A stretch of DNA of 64,000 nt from Clostridiales bacterium (lineage in GTDB: Bacteria; Bacillota; Clostridia; Saccharofermentanales; DTU023): positions 36,806 to 100,805 of the forward strand of contig JAQYCV010000019.1 in NCBI GenBank assembly GCA_028724525.1. The letters are read 5' to 3'. The position numbers and the translations under genes were made by a program. Under the pieces are notes generated by a model. That model saw nothing but the letters and a program-made list of their open reading frames with translations, was not told the origin of the DNA and did not search any database. Positions 9,235 through 19,353 of the stretch are shown here, piece after piece (the stretch's first letter is position 1; each line of letters starts with the position of its first letter).

Positions 9235-10509
9235 GCCTGGGCACTGACCTCGGCGAGATTGAGGCCGGCTTCCAGGTTTTCTCGGATTTTCTGGAAGCGG
9301 CTGAGATGGATGGGATGTTGGAAGTTCTCAGTAAGTTGGGCATAGGTTGCATCAAAAAACGCCTTTACTTGGCTTTTGGCGCTGACACCTGCCAACATAT
9401 AGATCAGGTTGAGACCTTCTAAAATAGTCTGGGCCATTAAAGGGTCATTGCCAGCCAGGGCAACAAGTGGACTAAAGACCAGGTAAAGTTCTTCGGCGAC
9501 CGTATAGTTTTGATAAATAATTTTGATATCCCCTTCTTCCTTAGCCACTATATAGGGTTTGCCCGAGGAGAAGAGTTTCCCCAGCAAGGGAGAAAGTTTT
9601 TGGATACAAGAGATAGCGGTGTTCGTATCACTATTTCCCGGACTCAAGTTTGTGGCCGCAATTTCGGCCAGCTTAATAATTTCATGGTGATAGTCGCGAT
9701 CATCATTCTTAAACATATTAATAACAAAACAAGCGCTAATTGTCTTACGCATGCTTTTCTTATCTTCTGGCAATAGGGCCTCTGCCTCCTTGTCCGGAGA
9801 CGCATAGATCTTAAGCGTAGCCAGAGTGGAGGCAACGGGCACATATTCACCCACCCGCTGATTGATGATCATTTCCGCCTTATAGCCATGCAAGGCCTTG
9901 GCCAGGCGATCTTAGTCAATTTCAAAGAGATAGCCTGTGGCCTGGGATAAGATGGACACTTCATCAGCCAGATCCCCCCTTTCTTCCATACTGGCTTGCC
10001 GTCTCAGGGTCAACTGCTCATCGACCAGGCTGGCACAATCTTGGCTGAGGTTCTCAATAATATTGGAAATTTTGAGATTTTCTAAAATCCTTTGCGAAAA
10101 AATGACGAAGCCAATCATGGCCAGGATGGAATAAACGACACCTAAGCTACCCGTCATTACATTGGCCTTGGAGTCAACATTTTGCAGCATAAAGAGGCTG
10201 ATGACAGAATAAAAGAAACCACCCACAAAGATGCCATGCAGGGAGAGCACGTCTGTGCGGTCTATAAAATCTTGGACCATCCGGGGCGTGACACTGCTAG
10301 CGTATTTATTGAGGACAGTGATGATAATCGTAAGTGAAAAAATACTGATGGTCAAAAAGACACCTGATAGGTTAGACAGAAAATTAATCGAGACATCCAC
10401 CGGCAATAAAAGCTCGGCCGGCAGGTAAGCCTACTGTCAAAAGGCTAAACTTGGACATCTTAACGATATTTTTACGGTTGATTAGCCAGAGTTGTATTTT
10501 GCGTATCAT
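9231..10509 (-). pseudogene. DUF2254-like membrane protein pseudogene
   Basis: ATG at 10509 is out of frame with 9912-10406; in-frame TAA at 9912-9914 splits that from 9231-9893; YASSVTPR and LSPG.SD.NTA motifs resemble DUF2254. Confidence 0.8.
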
Positions 10510-10556
10510 AGGAGCTCCTTAAGAAACTGGACTCTTTAACGTGAGTGGGGCTTGAA

Positions 10557-12878
10557 CTAGTCCAAATCAGGCAAGAAGATTTCAAGACCTGTGGGCAAGT
10601 TATTGATGTTCTCAATCTGGGGGTTGACTGCTAAAACCCGATCTACAACGGCCTCATAGGCTCCGTAATGCCGATAGAGTATGGTGTAAAGGATATCACC
10701 GTTCTGGACCACATACGTGCTACCTGTAGGCTTTGCGGCTTCTACAGTCGCACTGGTCTGGGTCACTTCCTCCCTGCTTGTCTCAGACTCTGATGTGGTT
10801 CTGATCTTTTCTTCGCCCTGGGTCTCCTCTTCCTCACCCTGACTCTCCTCTACAGAAGGGACCTCCCCGCCTTGACTGGCAAGGAAGGCCTGCCAGCTTT
10901 TGGCCAGCTGGGTCCCAAGTTGCTTGCGGCTTGCCTGTAATTGGCGAAGACTCCTTGTGAGTTTTTCGGTAAGCTCGTGCAAAGACTCCAGGGTTTCTTC
11001 TGTTTGGACTTGCTCTGGCTGGTCTGGCTGGTCTGTTTGGCCGCCTACCTCCCCAATCTGAGGCACGGAGCTAGTGCTAGGCTCGCTTGTCTTACTACTT
11101 GCGCGTGGAGCTGTCTCCTTAAGGCTGGGGTCTGAAGACTCCGTGCTGCTTGCAAGCTGGGTTTGGTCCTGGCCAGAATTACTTGTGCTAGTTTTCTCTT
11201 GCTGCGTTGGCGTAGTGATGGGGGCCTTACCAGCCGAGTCAGCGCGCAGGAAAATATAGCCCACATAAAGGACGGCAGCCAGGGCTACAAGACAGAGGAT
11301 AACCAGCAAAGGCAGGAGCCAGCGGTGCTGGCTAGGCCTGGCGTCTTTTGCAGAGTCTACTGCATAGGCGGAGGGCTTGTCTGGGGTTGGCGGATCCGGG
11401 GGAATACTTGTTCGCCGGGGCTTCTGATCAATCGCCTCATCAAGAGGGGCAGGCTCTATTGGCCGGTAGACGACATCTGCATCTTCTGGATACGTCTCCG
11501 CAGTCCAGACCGAGTCTGGGCTAAGTTCTGCTTGGCTAGCCTGGCTTGTGCTTGCATCCTCTAGGTCCTCTGCCAGGTCCTCAAGTTCTATCTCTCGGTC
11601 ATTCGGCTGGTCTAGCGCTTGAGAAGGGACGGCCGCTTCCATGGCCGGATTCCTATCCTCTCGCTCTACAAACTGAGTATCATCCTCTGCCTCTTCTTCT
11701 GTATTTTCTTGCTTACTGACCTCTATATCTGGCACAAGAGAGTCGGAACTGGCCTCTGCTTCCTGCTGGTCTATATAGTCTTCCAGGCTCTCCCCCACTG
11801 CTTGTAAGTCTTTTTGGAATTCTTCCAGACTAGGGTAGCGGTCTTTGGGATCAGTGGCCGTAGCCTTGGTCAAGGCTTGGGCAAAATCTGGCAAGACCGC
11901 CTGCAAATGTGGCATGGCTAGGTCAGCTTCTGGAGAGGCATGATCTGCCTCATCCGGGGAGATTTTCCTGCGCAGATAGGCTTCAAAATCTTGTGGGCTG
12001 ACCAGTTGCAGGAGTAGCAAGCCCAAGGCAAAGATATCGCTAGCCTGGCTAGGTGGACCACCTTGTGCCAATTCTGGAGAAAGATAGACTTTAAGCGGGA
12101 CAGGCCAGGTCTCAGGCCCTGTCCGAATGGCGATTGTTCCAATCAAACCGCTGATGGGTAAGCCGCCCAACTTGTAGCTGTAGGGTCCTTGACGGAAAAT
12201 ACGGCTGGGTAGGATGGGGCCATAGGTTAGGTTGTGGGCATGCAGGGCAGATAGGGCCTGACTGATATCTCGAGAGAGAGCCAAGGCTTCACTTGCTTGA
12301 AAGGCTTCCAGATTAGCCGCAGACTGGTCAAGATCTGCTGACAGATCGGAGTCAGTATTTTGGAGGGCGAAAAGTGTCTCTTCTAATGGCTTATAGGCAC
12401 TTAGGCTGGGTAAAAACTCCGTGCGGATTAAGACATGCCAGCCTGGACCCTGTAACTGTTTTAGGGCCTTATAGTCCAAAATTTTTAAGAAGGGGCTGTC
12501 AAATTGCAAATCTTGCAGCTGGTGAATTTCTTCCTGAATACCCTGAACCAGGTCTTTGTAATAGGCCGCTAGATCTTGAGGATTGCTGATTCCGAGATCG
12601 CGGGCTATATCCTGGCCAGCGGCTACATTACGGGGCAAGGTCAGAACGCGTATGGCATAACGTTCCGAACTAGCTGGCTGAGTCTGCCTTAACTCTACAG
12701 CGTCTTCTAAACTGAGATCTCCTGAATGGCCACTTAGATCCTGGGGTCTATCGGTATGGACCAGGCCCTCCGTGCTTACTTCATATACAGAACCGAATAA
12801 GCCGGAACCCAGCTGGCGCACGACCTTGAGGTCTGGCCACAGACTTTCAATGAGATAGATATCTGTTGCTTGTGACAT
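10557..12878 (-). CDS. Ser/Thr kinase-like (probably inactive) domain, acidic linker, single TM and C-terminal LysM
   Basis: LGSGLFGSVY, YLSPE, SDIFALG, DPKDRY subdomains; TM WLLPLLVILCLVALAAVLYVGYIFL; YVVQNGDILYTI...NPQI.N.N.L..G..I.LP LysM. Confidence 0.8.
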   Translation of the reverse strand: MSQATDIYLIESLWPDLKVVRQLGSGLFGSVYEVSTEGLVHTDRPQDLSGHSGDLSLEDAVELRQTQPASSERYAIRVLTLPRNVAAGQDIARDLGISNPQDLAAYYKDLVQGIQEEIHQLQDLQFDSPFLKILDYKALKQLQGPGWHVLIRTEFLPSLSAYKPLEETLFALQNTDSDLSADLDQSAANLEAFQASEALALSRDISQALSALHAHNLTYGPILPSRIFRQGPYSYKLGGLPISGLIGTIAIRTGPETWPVPLKVYLSPELAQGGPPSQASDIFALGLLLLQLVSPQDFEAYLRRKISPDEADHASPEADLAMPHLQAVLPDFAQALTKATATDPKDRYPSLEEFQKDLQAVGESLEDYIDQQEAEASSDSLVPDIEVSKQENTEEEAEDDTQFVEREDRNPAMEAAVPSQALDQPNDREIELEDLAEDLEDASTSQASQAELSPDSVWTAETYPEDADVVYRPIEPAPLDEAIDQKPRRTSIPPDPPTPDKPSAYAVDSAKDARPSQHRWLLPLLVILCLVALAAVLYVGYIFLRADSAGKAPITTPTQQEKTSTSNSGQDQTQLASSTESSDPSLKETAPRASSKTSEPSTSSVPQIGEVGGQTDQPDQPEQVQTEETLESLHELTEKLTRSLRQLQASRKQLGTQLAKSWQAFLASQGGEVPSVEESQGEEEETQGEEKIRTTSESETSREEVTQTSATVEAAKPTGSTYVVQNGDILYTILYRHYGAYEAVVDRVLAVNPQIENINNLPTGLEIFLPDLD

Positions 12879-12990
12879 GGGTTTCCCTCCGGTAAAAGAA
12901 TACTTTAGGCGGCAAAAGCCATGCTTAATATAACCTAAAGTCTCTGTCTAAAGCCTTTTACTACAAGCTTGTAAAGAAAGCGTAACCGGA

Positions 12991-13024
12991 AAGAAAAACG
13001 CTGCCCCTGAATGAGGCAGCGTTT
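12991..13024 (-). terminator. Intrinsic terminator
   Basis: AAACGCTGCC...GGCAGCGTTT hairpin with T-tract on minus strand. Confidence 0.8.
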
Positions 13025-13048
13025 GGCCAACTTTTGGAAAACTTATGC

Positions 13049-14734
13049 TTATTTGACTGGTGTAGCTTCCTGAGCGACAAAGACTCCATCTACTACTTTG
13101 GTAATAATCATAGACTTGACAGGACTACCATCCTGGTCAAAGCTCAAAGTGCCTGTGGCGCCTTCAAATGCACTGGTCTCCATTAAGGCAACCCGGATGG
13201 CTTCTGGATCGGTAGAATCCGCTCTTTTAATCGCATCTACCAGCAACATATAGGCATCATAACCCAGGGCCGCATAGGCGTTGGGCTCTTCACCGTATTT
13301 CTCTGTGTAGGCTTTAGCAAAGCGTTCTGCTTCCTCAGTCAGGGGCAGGGAGGCATTGTAGTGGGAGCTAAAGTAAACGTCTTGATCAAGCGCATCTCCT
13401 CCAATCTTGAGGAAGTCTGGATTATCCCAGGTGTCCCCTCCTAAGATAGGAGCAGTGATGCCTAAGTCTCTGGCCTGCTTGATCAACAATGCACAATCTC
13501 CATAATTGCCTGGGCAGAAAATGACGTCAGGGTTTGCCTGCATGAGATTGTTCAGTTGGGGGCCAAAGTCTTGGTCGCCCGTCTTGTAGGAGGCCTCAAA
13601 GACGATAGCGTCATCACCTGCTTGATCCTTAAAGGTATTGGCAAATTGCTTGCAGAGTCCTACGGAATAGTCACTAGAAAGATCCTGCAGGATAGCCGCA
13701 GTCTTGGCTCCTAAATTCTCCATGGCATATTGGGCCAGGGCCATGCCCTGATAGGTGTCCGTAAAGCAGGCCCGGAAGAAATACGGATTATCAACAGTGA
13801 CAGAGGGGTTGGTAGCAGCAGTGCTGATAGCAGGCACTTTTTCTTCCAAGAAGACGGGGGCAGATGCCTGAGACAGCATAGAGGTGTGAGGGCCTAAGAC
13901 AGCCACGACTTTTTCCTGGGTAACCAGGCGTTGGGCTACGTTATAGGCTTCCATCTGGTCAGACTTATTGTCCGCCTTCAGCAGGGCAACTTTGCGGCCC
14001 AAGACCTCAGGTACCAGGGACTGAGCCAGCTCCATACCCCGGAAATCCATTTGGGCAGCGGCGGCGAACAAACCAGAGAAGGGTTCTAAAACACCGATGC
14101 GGATGGCATTGGGGTCGTTGATGTTCTCTTTGAGACTTTCCGGACTGGTAGCCTCTTTGTAGAGAGCCAGGGCAGCACTAGGCGCATAGAAAGTCACTTG
14201 CTCGACTTGGTCACTATCTGCTCCTACAGCAATCCGGGCCTGGCCAGTCAAAAAACTATAGATATAAAGGGTTTGATCTTCCGACTCCTCAGTCTCGGCA
14301 GCCTCCCCATAGGTAGCCAGCATATCTTTAGCTAAAGAACCTAGCTGAATGTTGTCGGGGAAAACCAACTTATTGGCATGTTCTATGCTGGCCTGGTCAA
14401 AGCTGATCCCAATGACCTGGCAGTCTCCATAAGCCTGGCTGGCAGAAGCTAAAGCGGCAAGATAAATCTTGGCCTCTTGGTCTGCTTTCCGGATTGTGAG
14501 ATAAGCAGTTTGGCCCGGATTTAGTTCACCATCCTCTGTCAAGGCCCAGCCCTGGTCAGCCAAGTCAGCAAAGGCAAAAGGCAGATGAACGTCTAGACCT
14601 TCGAGAGTAAAGCTAAAATCTGACAAGTGGGAAGGCAAAGAGTCGCCGCTTTCCTCCGCCCACATGACAGGTGCGGCTAAGCCTGTGAAGACAAAGCTTA
14701 GAACGATCAAAGCAATGAACAAAGATTTTTTCAT
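13049..14734 (-). CDS. LivJ-like branched-chain amino acid ABC substrate-binding protein with extra N-terminal domain
   Basis: Signal peptide; IRIGVLEPFSG, DNKSD, ATNPSVT...YFFRACFTD.YQG, ALGYDAY in C-terminal ~350 aa. Confidence 0.88.
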   Translation of the reverse strand: MKKSLFIALIVLSFVFTGLAAPVMWAEESGDSLPSHLSDFSFTLEGLDVHLPFAFADLADQGWALTEDGELNPGQTAYLTIRKADQEAKIYLAALASASQAYGDCQVIGISFDQASIEHANKLVFPDNIQLGSLAKDMLATYGEAAETEESEDQTLYIYSFLTGQARIAVGADSDQVEQVTFYAPSAALALYKEATSPESLKENINDPNAIRIGVLEPFSGLFAAAAQMDFRGMELAQSLVPEVLGRKVALLKADNKSDQMEAYNVAQRLVTQEKVVAVLGPHTSMLSQASAPVFLEEKVPAISTAATNPSVTVDNPYFFRACFTDTYQGMALAQYAMENLGAKTAAILQDLSSDYSVGLCKQFANTFKDQAGDDAIVFEASYKTGDQDFGPQLNNLMQANPDVIFCPGNYGDCALLIKQARDLGITAPILGGDTWDNPDFLKIGGDALDQDVYFSSHYNASLPLTEEAERFAKAYTEKYGEEPNAYAALGYDAYMLLVDAIKRADSTDPEAIRVALMETSAFEGATGTLSFDQDGSPVKSMIITKVVDGVFVAQEATPVK

Positions 14735-14903
14735 GTTGCACCTACCTTAATGAAAGATTTACACAGATATTATACCTATTTATGGCACTATTGCGAACAA
14801 AGATCTTAAACCAGCCAAAGACAACGCCAGCTCAAGTTTGGGCTGGCTTTGCAAAAAGAGGATTCTATATAAAACGTAATGTGTCTTACTGGATGAAGAG
14901 ATA

Positions 14904-16259
14904 TTAAAAATCCTGATTGGTCTCTGTTGGTTCAGTTTCTTCCGCTGCCTTCTGAGGCCCTGCCTCTAAGGTCATGTGGGTGGTTTGTTTGACTCCTTCG
15001 CGGAAGTAGATGAGCTCAACAGTATCGCCAGGGGCCCAATTTTTCTTCATATTTTCAATAGAGCTAACCGAGTCGACTGCCTTGCCATCAATTTCGACGA
15101 TGAAGTCGCCAGCCTCCAAGCCAGCCTTATCCGCAGAGGAATTCTCCACCACTTCTACCACAAAGACACCGGGACGGTCAGCCAAGCGGTATTGGCGAGC
15201 AAAGTCTTTATCAAAGCCACGGCCCGCAATTCCCAGCTGGACCCGGGAGACAACCTCGCCGTGCTTCATGAGGTCTTGCAAGATAGGCAGAGCATAGTCT
15301 GATGGGATGGCAAAAGAAAGGCCTTCAAAACTATCACCAAATCTGCCGCCTGACATTTTAGCGGTATTGATTCCGATCACTTCACCAAAAGAATTGAAGA
15401 GGGCTCCGCCAGAGTTGCCTGCGTTAATAGCGGCATCTGTCTGCAAGACATTGAGTTCGAGGCCATCAATATTAATAGTGCGCTCCAAGGCTGAGATAAT
15501 ACCAGCCGTGACGCTACCTTCCAGGGTACCCGAGGGGTTGCCAATAGCCACAGCTAGTTCACCGACTTCGAGCTCAGAGGACTTACCAAAATTAACCGCA
15601 GGGAAAGTTTCATCCTTGTGGAGCTTAATTTTGATGACCGCTAGGTCAGAGAGCGGGTCAGTGCCAACGACTTCGGCTTCATAAAGCTCCCCGTTATCCG
15701 TGTGGACTTTGATATTGCTGGCATTTTCCACAACGTGGTTATTGGTCGCAATATAGCCATCTTCTGAGATAAAGAAGCCGGAACCTGCTACAGGCATGGG
15801 TAATTCAAAATAAAAATTTACAGGAACGGCTTTCTCTGTGGAGATAGCTACGACTGAGGGTTTACCCAGCTTAGCAATTTCCGTGATCGGCAGGGCTGGA
15901 CGGCTAGTATCTTCACGGACAGCTGCATGATAGAGAGAAAGCGCTTTATTAGACTCAGGGCTAGCAGGCTCCGCATTGACACTACTAGCTGGCAGGGCAG
16001 ACATCCGGCTGGCCAGCTCATTCTCCAGGCCGCGGTTTTGCCACAGTAAGCCTAGGATGGAAACAAGGCCAACCACAATTAAAAAGAGTGCCAAGATATG
16101 CTTGAGTTGGCCGGGCCGCTTGTGAGAGCCTATGTTCCTAGATTCTGGCCGAGGCTGAGCTTTATAGGTATATACGCCATTTTCTCGCTCTGTCGCGTAA
16201 ATATTGGGTTGTGGACTATGGTCCTCAGACGGATAAGCTTGAAAACGATGATTTTCCAT
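14904..16259 (-). CDS. htrA: HtrA/DegP serine protease with TM anchor and PDZ domain
   Basis: GSGF, TNNHVV, SDLAVIK, QTDAAINAGNSGG; one PDZ domain. Confidence 0.93.
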   Translation of the reverse strand: MENHRFQAYPSEDHSPQPNIYATERENGVYTYKAQPRPESRNIGSHKRPGQLKHILALFLIVVGLVSILGLLWQNRGLENELASRMSALPASSVNAEPASPESNKALSLYHAAVREDTSRPALPITEIAKLGKPSVVAISTEKAVPVNFYFELPMPVAGSGFFISEDGYIATNNHVVENASNIKVHTDNGELYEAEVVGTDPLSDLAVIKIKLHKDETFPAVNFGKSSELEVGELAVAIGNPSGTLEGSVTAGIISALERTINIDGLELNVLQTDAAINAGNSGGALFNSFGEVIGINTAKMSGGRFGDSFEGLSFAIPSDYALPILQDLMKHGEVVSRVQLGIAGRGFDKDFARQYRLADRPGVFVVEVVENSSADKAGLEAGDFIVEIDGKAVDSVSSIENMKKNWAPGDTVELIYFREGVKQTTHMTLEAGPQKAAEETEPTETNQDF

Positions 16260-16417
16260 AGAAAATTCTCCTTAGTTTTGAATAAGGTCCTAAGCGAGCT
16301 AAATCTTAGCCGCAGGGTGATTTGAAACAAGGTCATTATAGGTTGAGGCCAAGATAAAAGAAGCACAATAATGCAAAACAATGTGCCAGCTTTGTGAAGA
16401 ATTTTGACGTGGAGGAC

Positions 16418-17023
16418 TTAGGAGGTCAGCCGGTCGGGATAAAAGCGCTTCAGGATGAAGCTATCCCAAAGACGCTGGAGCTTCTTCAAGAGAAAAAAGT
16501 AAAGGAGGGGAACGTAGATTGCTAAAATTAAGATCACAATCCCCACGAGCGCTAGCAGGATGGCACCTGCGGCAACTCCAGCCAGGGTAGCGGATAAACC
16601 GCCTAAGAAGGAAAAGAAACCCGCTAGATTGGCCATGAGATTGTTAGCGAGCTCCCCGATTTGCCGGACCAGGCCACCAGCAGAGTTGCCAGACTTGGCC
16701 CCGGTGAAACTTCTGAGAACAAAACACCAGGATGAAAAGTACATCAAGCCATAGCCCAAAAGGATTAAGACTCTCAGCAGATGAGGGAAGGCATAATAGC
16801 GGGCTGCGGCAAAGGGTAAAGCAATCAAAAGAACCAGGCTGGTCAGTAAATAAAAGGGAGCCGGCAGAGGGATGAAGCGCTCTAAGGAAGGCAGAAAGTA
16901 CAGGGCCAAAACCATGGCCAGAGCTACAAAACCTACCACAAAGTGAAAAGCAGGATGCCGGCGGTCCGCATAATCAGTTTGAGCCCATCGGGGGCCTAAA
17001 AATTCACCTTCCCAAAAGTCCAA
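16418..17023 (-). CDS. Hypothetical membrane protein
   Basis: AGGAGG RBS, TTG start 1 nt after upstream stop; 4-5 hydrophobic segments. Confidence 0.7.
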   Translation of the reverse strand: MDFWEGEFLGPRWAQTDYADRRHPAFHFVVGFVALAMVLALYFLPSLERFIPLPAPFYLLTSLVLLIALPFAAARYYAFPHLLRVLILLGYGLMYFSSWCFVLRSFTGAKSGNSAGGLVRQIGELANNLMANLAGFFSFLGGLSATLAGVAAGAILLALVGIVILILAIYVPLLYFFLLKKLQRLWDSFILKRFYPDRLTS

Positions 17024-17024
17024 A

Positions 17025-17447
17025 CTAGTGACCTCCTATGGGGTCAACCAGCTGGTCGGCTGTGTTTTCAATCGACTTAATGAACTGAAGCCAGTCAGGG
17101 TTTTTATCGTCTACGCCACTGGAATTGAGGTTTGGCTCTTTATCCTCTGCCATGCCAAGAGAAAGGCACCAGGAATAGTCCAAATTGGGATCGCAGGCCG
17201 TGAGCTCCGAAGGCCGGGCATCGGCCAAGAGAGGAACTAATTGGCTACGAATAGACTGCACTTGGTCCTCAGCAATATTGCGGGTAAAGTCGTTATACCA
17301 GCGGTTACTATCCCGCCAAGAGAGAATACGCTTGCCAAAGTCAACCCGAATAACAATTTGGCCTTGACGAAAGCGGTTGACGACCACTTCTACCCACTTC
17401 ACATTTTGTGCTTTTTGCTTTAAATTTTCCCAGGTCTTCCTATCCAT
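17025..17447 (-). CDS. Hypothetical protein
   Basis: Co-oriented ORF filling the gap; ATG at 17447 chosen; no family recognised. Confidence 0.65.
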   Translation of the reverse strand: MDRKTWENLKQKAQNVKWVEVVVNRFRQGQIVIRVDFGKRILSWRDSNRWYNDFTRNIAEDQVQSIRSQLVPLLADARPSELTACDPNLDYSWCLSLGMAEDKEPNLNSSGVDDKNPDWLQFIKSIENTADQLVDPIGGH

Positions 17448-17510
17448 AGCTTCACTTCTCAAATAATATGGTTCATTTTAGCATGAAGGCGAAATCCTGC
17501 CTAGCTGGGT

Positions 17511-18428
17511 CTACACCTTCAGATCTGGGTCCAGGCTTTCAGCCAGGTCCAGAAGTTTTTGCATACGGTGATTGACTCCGGACTTGCCTAAAGGAGGATC
17601 TAGGGCTTGTCCTAATTCTGCCAAAGATAGTTCAGGGTACTTGAGCCGCAGTTGTGCCACGTTTTTCAGTTTATCAGGTAATTTGGCATATTCACCACAA
17701 GCCTTTAAGGAGAGAATGGCCCGTCGCTGTCTGGCGGATGAGTCGGCCAGGCGCTGGGCATTGGCAGAGTCACAATTGACCACGCGGTTCACTTGATTGA
17801 GCATTTCCTTTTCCACCCGCAGGGCCTCAAAGCTCAAAAGGACTTGATTAGCGCCGCTATAGAGCAGGAAGTCTGAGACAGTCTGACCATCTTTGGTATA
17901 TAAGACATAGTAACCCTGGTGGCGGAGCTCCTTAAAATTCAGTTGCAAGTCTTTAAAGACTTGTTGAAAAAAACTTTGTGCTAGGGATCTCTGCAGGGAA
18001 AATTCCAAGTGGTAAAAATCCCGGGGGCTGGCAAGAGAGCCTGCGGCCAGAAATAAGCTCGCTAAGATAACAACGACATTATTACGTCTCTCGTCCTGGC
18101 CAAGATTGGCAGAAAGATAGACTTGACCTGTCTGGGCAAATTGTTCAAGTTCTGCCCTCAGGCGGCGAGCTGTCGCCAAGTCGTCTAGGTAGAGAGATGA
18201 CCTGGTTTTACTCAGATTGACCTCTACCTGAATATGGTAAACCTGGTCTAAGGCTTGGGCTAAATAGTTTATAAAATCCTGGTTCTGACTGGAAAAATAG
18301 ACCTCCCGCCCCTGTATGCGAAAGGCAGCCAGAAGCGACACCAAGAGGGGTAGAGCCTCATGGGCGTTTTGTTTTTGAATAAGGGTAAAAAATTCCTGAC
18401 GTAGCTGCTGAGAAAATGAAGATTGCAC
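17511..18428 (-). CDS. whiA: DNA-binding protein WhiA
   Basis: GSLASP..FYHLEF, NQVNRVVNCDSAN, SLAELG..L.PPLGKSGVNHRM. Confidence 0.93.
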   Translation of the reverse strand: MQSSFSQQLRQEFFTLIQKQNAHEALPLLVSLLAAFRIQGREVYFSSQNQDFINYLAQALDQVYHIQVEVNLSKTRSSLYLDDLATARRLRAELEQFAQTGQVYLSANLGQDERRNNVVVILASLFLAAGSLASPRDFYHLEFSLQRSLAQSFFQQVFKDLQLNFKELRHQGYYVLYTKDGQTVSDFLLYSGANQVLLSFEALRVEKEMLNQVNRVVNCDSANAQRLADSSARQRRAILSLKACGEYAKLPDKLKNVAQLRLKYPELSLAELGQALDPPLGKSGVNHRMQKLLDLAESLDPDLKV

Positions 18429-18446
18429 AGTGGGCTCCCCTAGCGT

Positions 18447-19325
18447 TTAGATCCCACCCGTCGCCTGTTTGTGAATATCACGGTGTTCCACAAACACGGG
18501 ATAGGCAGAATTGGCAAGCCGATCTTTGAAGGCCTCAACAAAAGCCACAGACCGATGATGGCCACCAGTACAGCCGAAGGCGATATTGAGCCGCATCCGG
18601 CCTTCCCGTTTAAAGAAGGGCAAGATGAGACGAAGATTTTCTAGTTGGCGGTCGAGAAAATCTTGGCTTTCGGGAAAGGAAAAAATATAGTCAGAGACGG
18701 CCTGGTCCAGGCCTGTGAGAGGCTTCAATTCCGGTATATAGAAGGGATTGGCAATAAAGCGGACATCGCAGACTATATCCGCATCAGAGGGCAGGCCATA
18801 TTTGTAGCCAAAAGACTCCAAATAAAGGGAGATAAAGTCTTCTTGGCCTGGCTGAAAGCTGTGTATGAGCTGGTCTCTGAGGTCAAGACCAGACAGTAGG
18901 CTGGTATCTATAATATCTGTGGCCATTTCTCTCAGGGGAGCCATCAACTCTCTTTCCCGGCTGAGGGCAGAAGTCAAGTTAGATGATTGGGCCAGAGGAT
19001 GGTTGCGCCGGGTTTGCTTATAGCGGGAAAGGAGGATTTCTGGCTGAGCCTCCAAATAAAGCAGGCGGATCTGCGGATATTGGTGTAAGATACTGGCTAT
19101 TTTCGGAGACAATTCATCACTCAAAAGCAAGGAGCGGGCATCACTAATTAAGCAAAAGCGCTGCTTGTCTCTCTCCTCATAGTGAGACTCAGATAAGGAA
19201 TTGACAAAAAGTTCTAGGAGCGAAGGAGGCACATTATCAATACAAAAATATCCTAGGTCTTCCAGGTATTTTGCTGCCGTTGATTTGCCCGAACCCGATA
19301 GGCCGGTGACAATTAAGATCTCCAC
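18447..19325 (-). CDS. rapZ: RapZ/YvcJ P-loop NTP-binding protein
   Basis: TGLSGSGKS, FCIDNVP, TRRNHPL, SFGYKYG, DVRFI.NP, GCTGGHHRSV. Confidence 0.95.
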   Translation of the reverse strand: MEILIVTGLSGSGKSTAAKYLEDLGYFCIDNVPPSLLELFVNSLSESHYEERDKQRFCLISDARSLLLSDELSPKIASILHQYPQIRLLYLEAQPEILLSRYKQTRRNHPLAQSSNLTSALSRERELMAPLREMATDIIDTSLLSGLDLRDQLIHSFQPGQEDFISLYLESFGYKYGLPSDADIVCDVRFIANPFYIPELKPLTGLDQAVSDYIFSFPESQDFLDRQLENLRLILPFFKREGRMRLNIAFGCTGGHHRSVAFVEAFKDRLANSAYPVFVEHRDIHKQATGGI

Positions 19326-19353
19326 AATTCCCCTCCTCTCTTCCTTGGCAAGT

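Noticed and set aside
3750-10509. Prophage or integrative element at tRNA-Ser
   Set aside because: No integrase or phage genes, and no duplicated tRNA 3' end seen in the window
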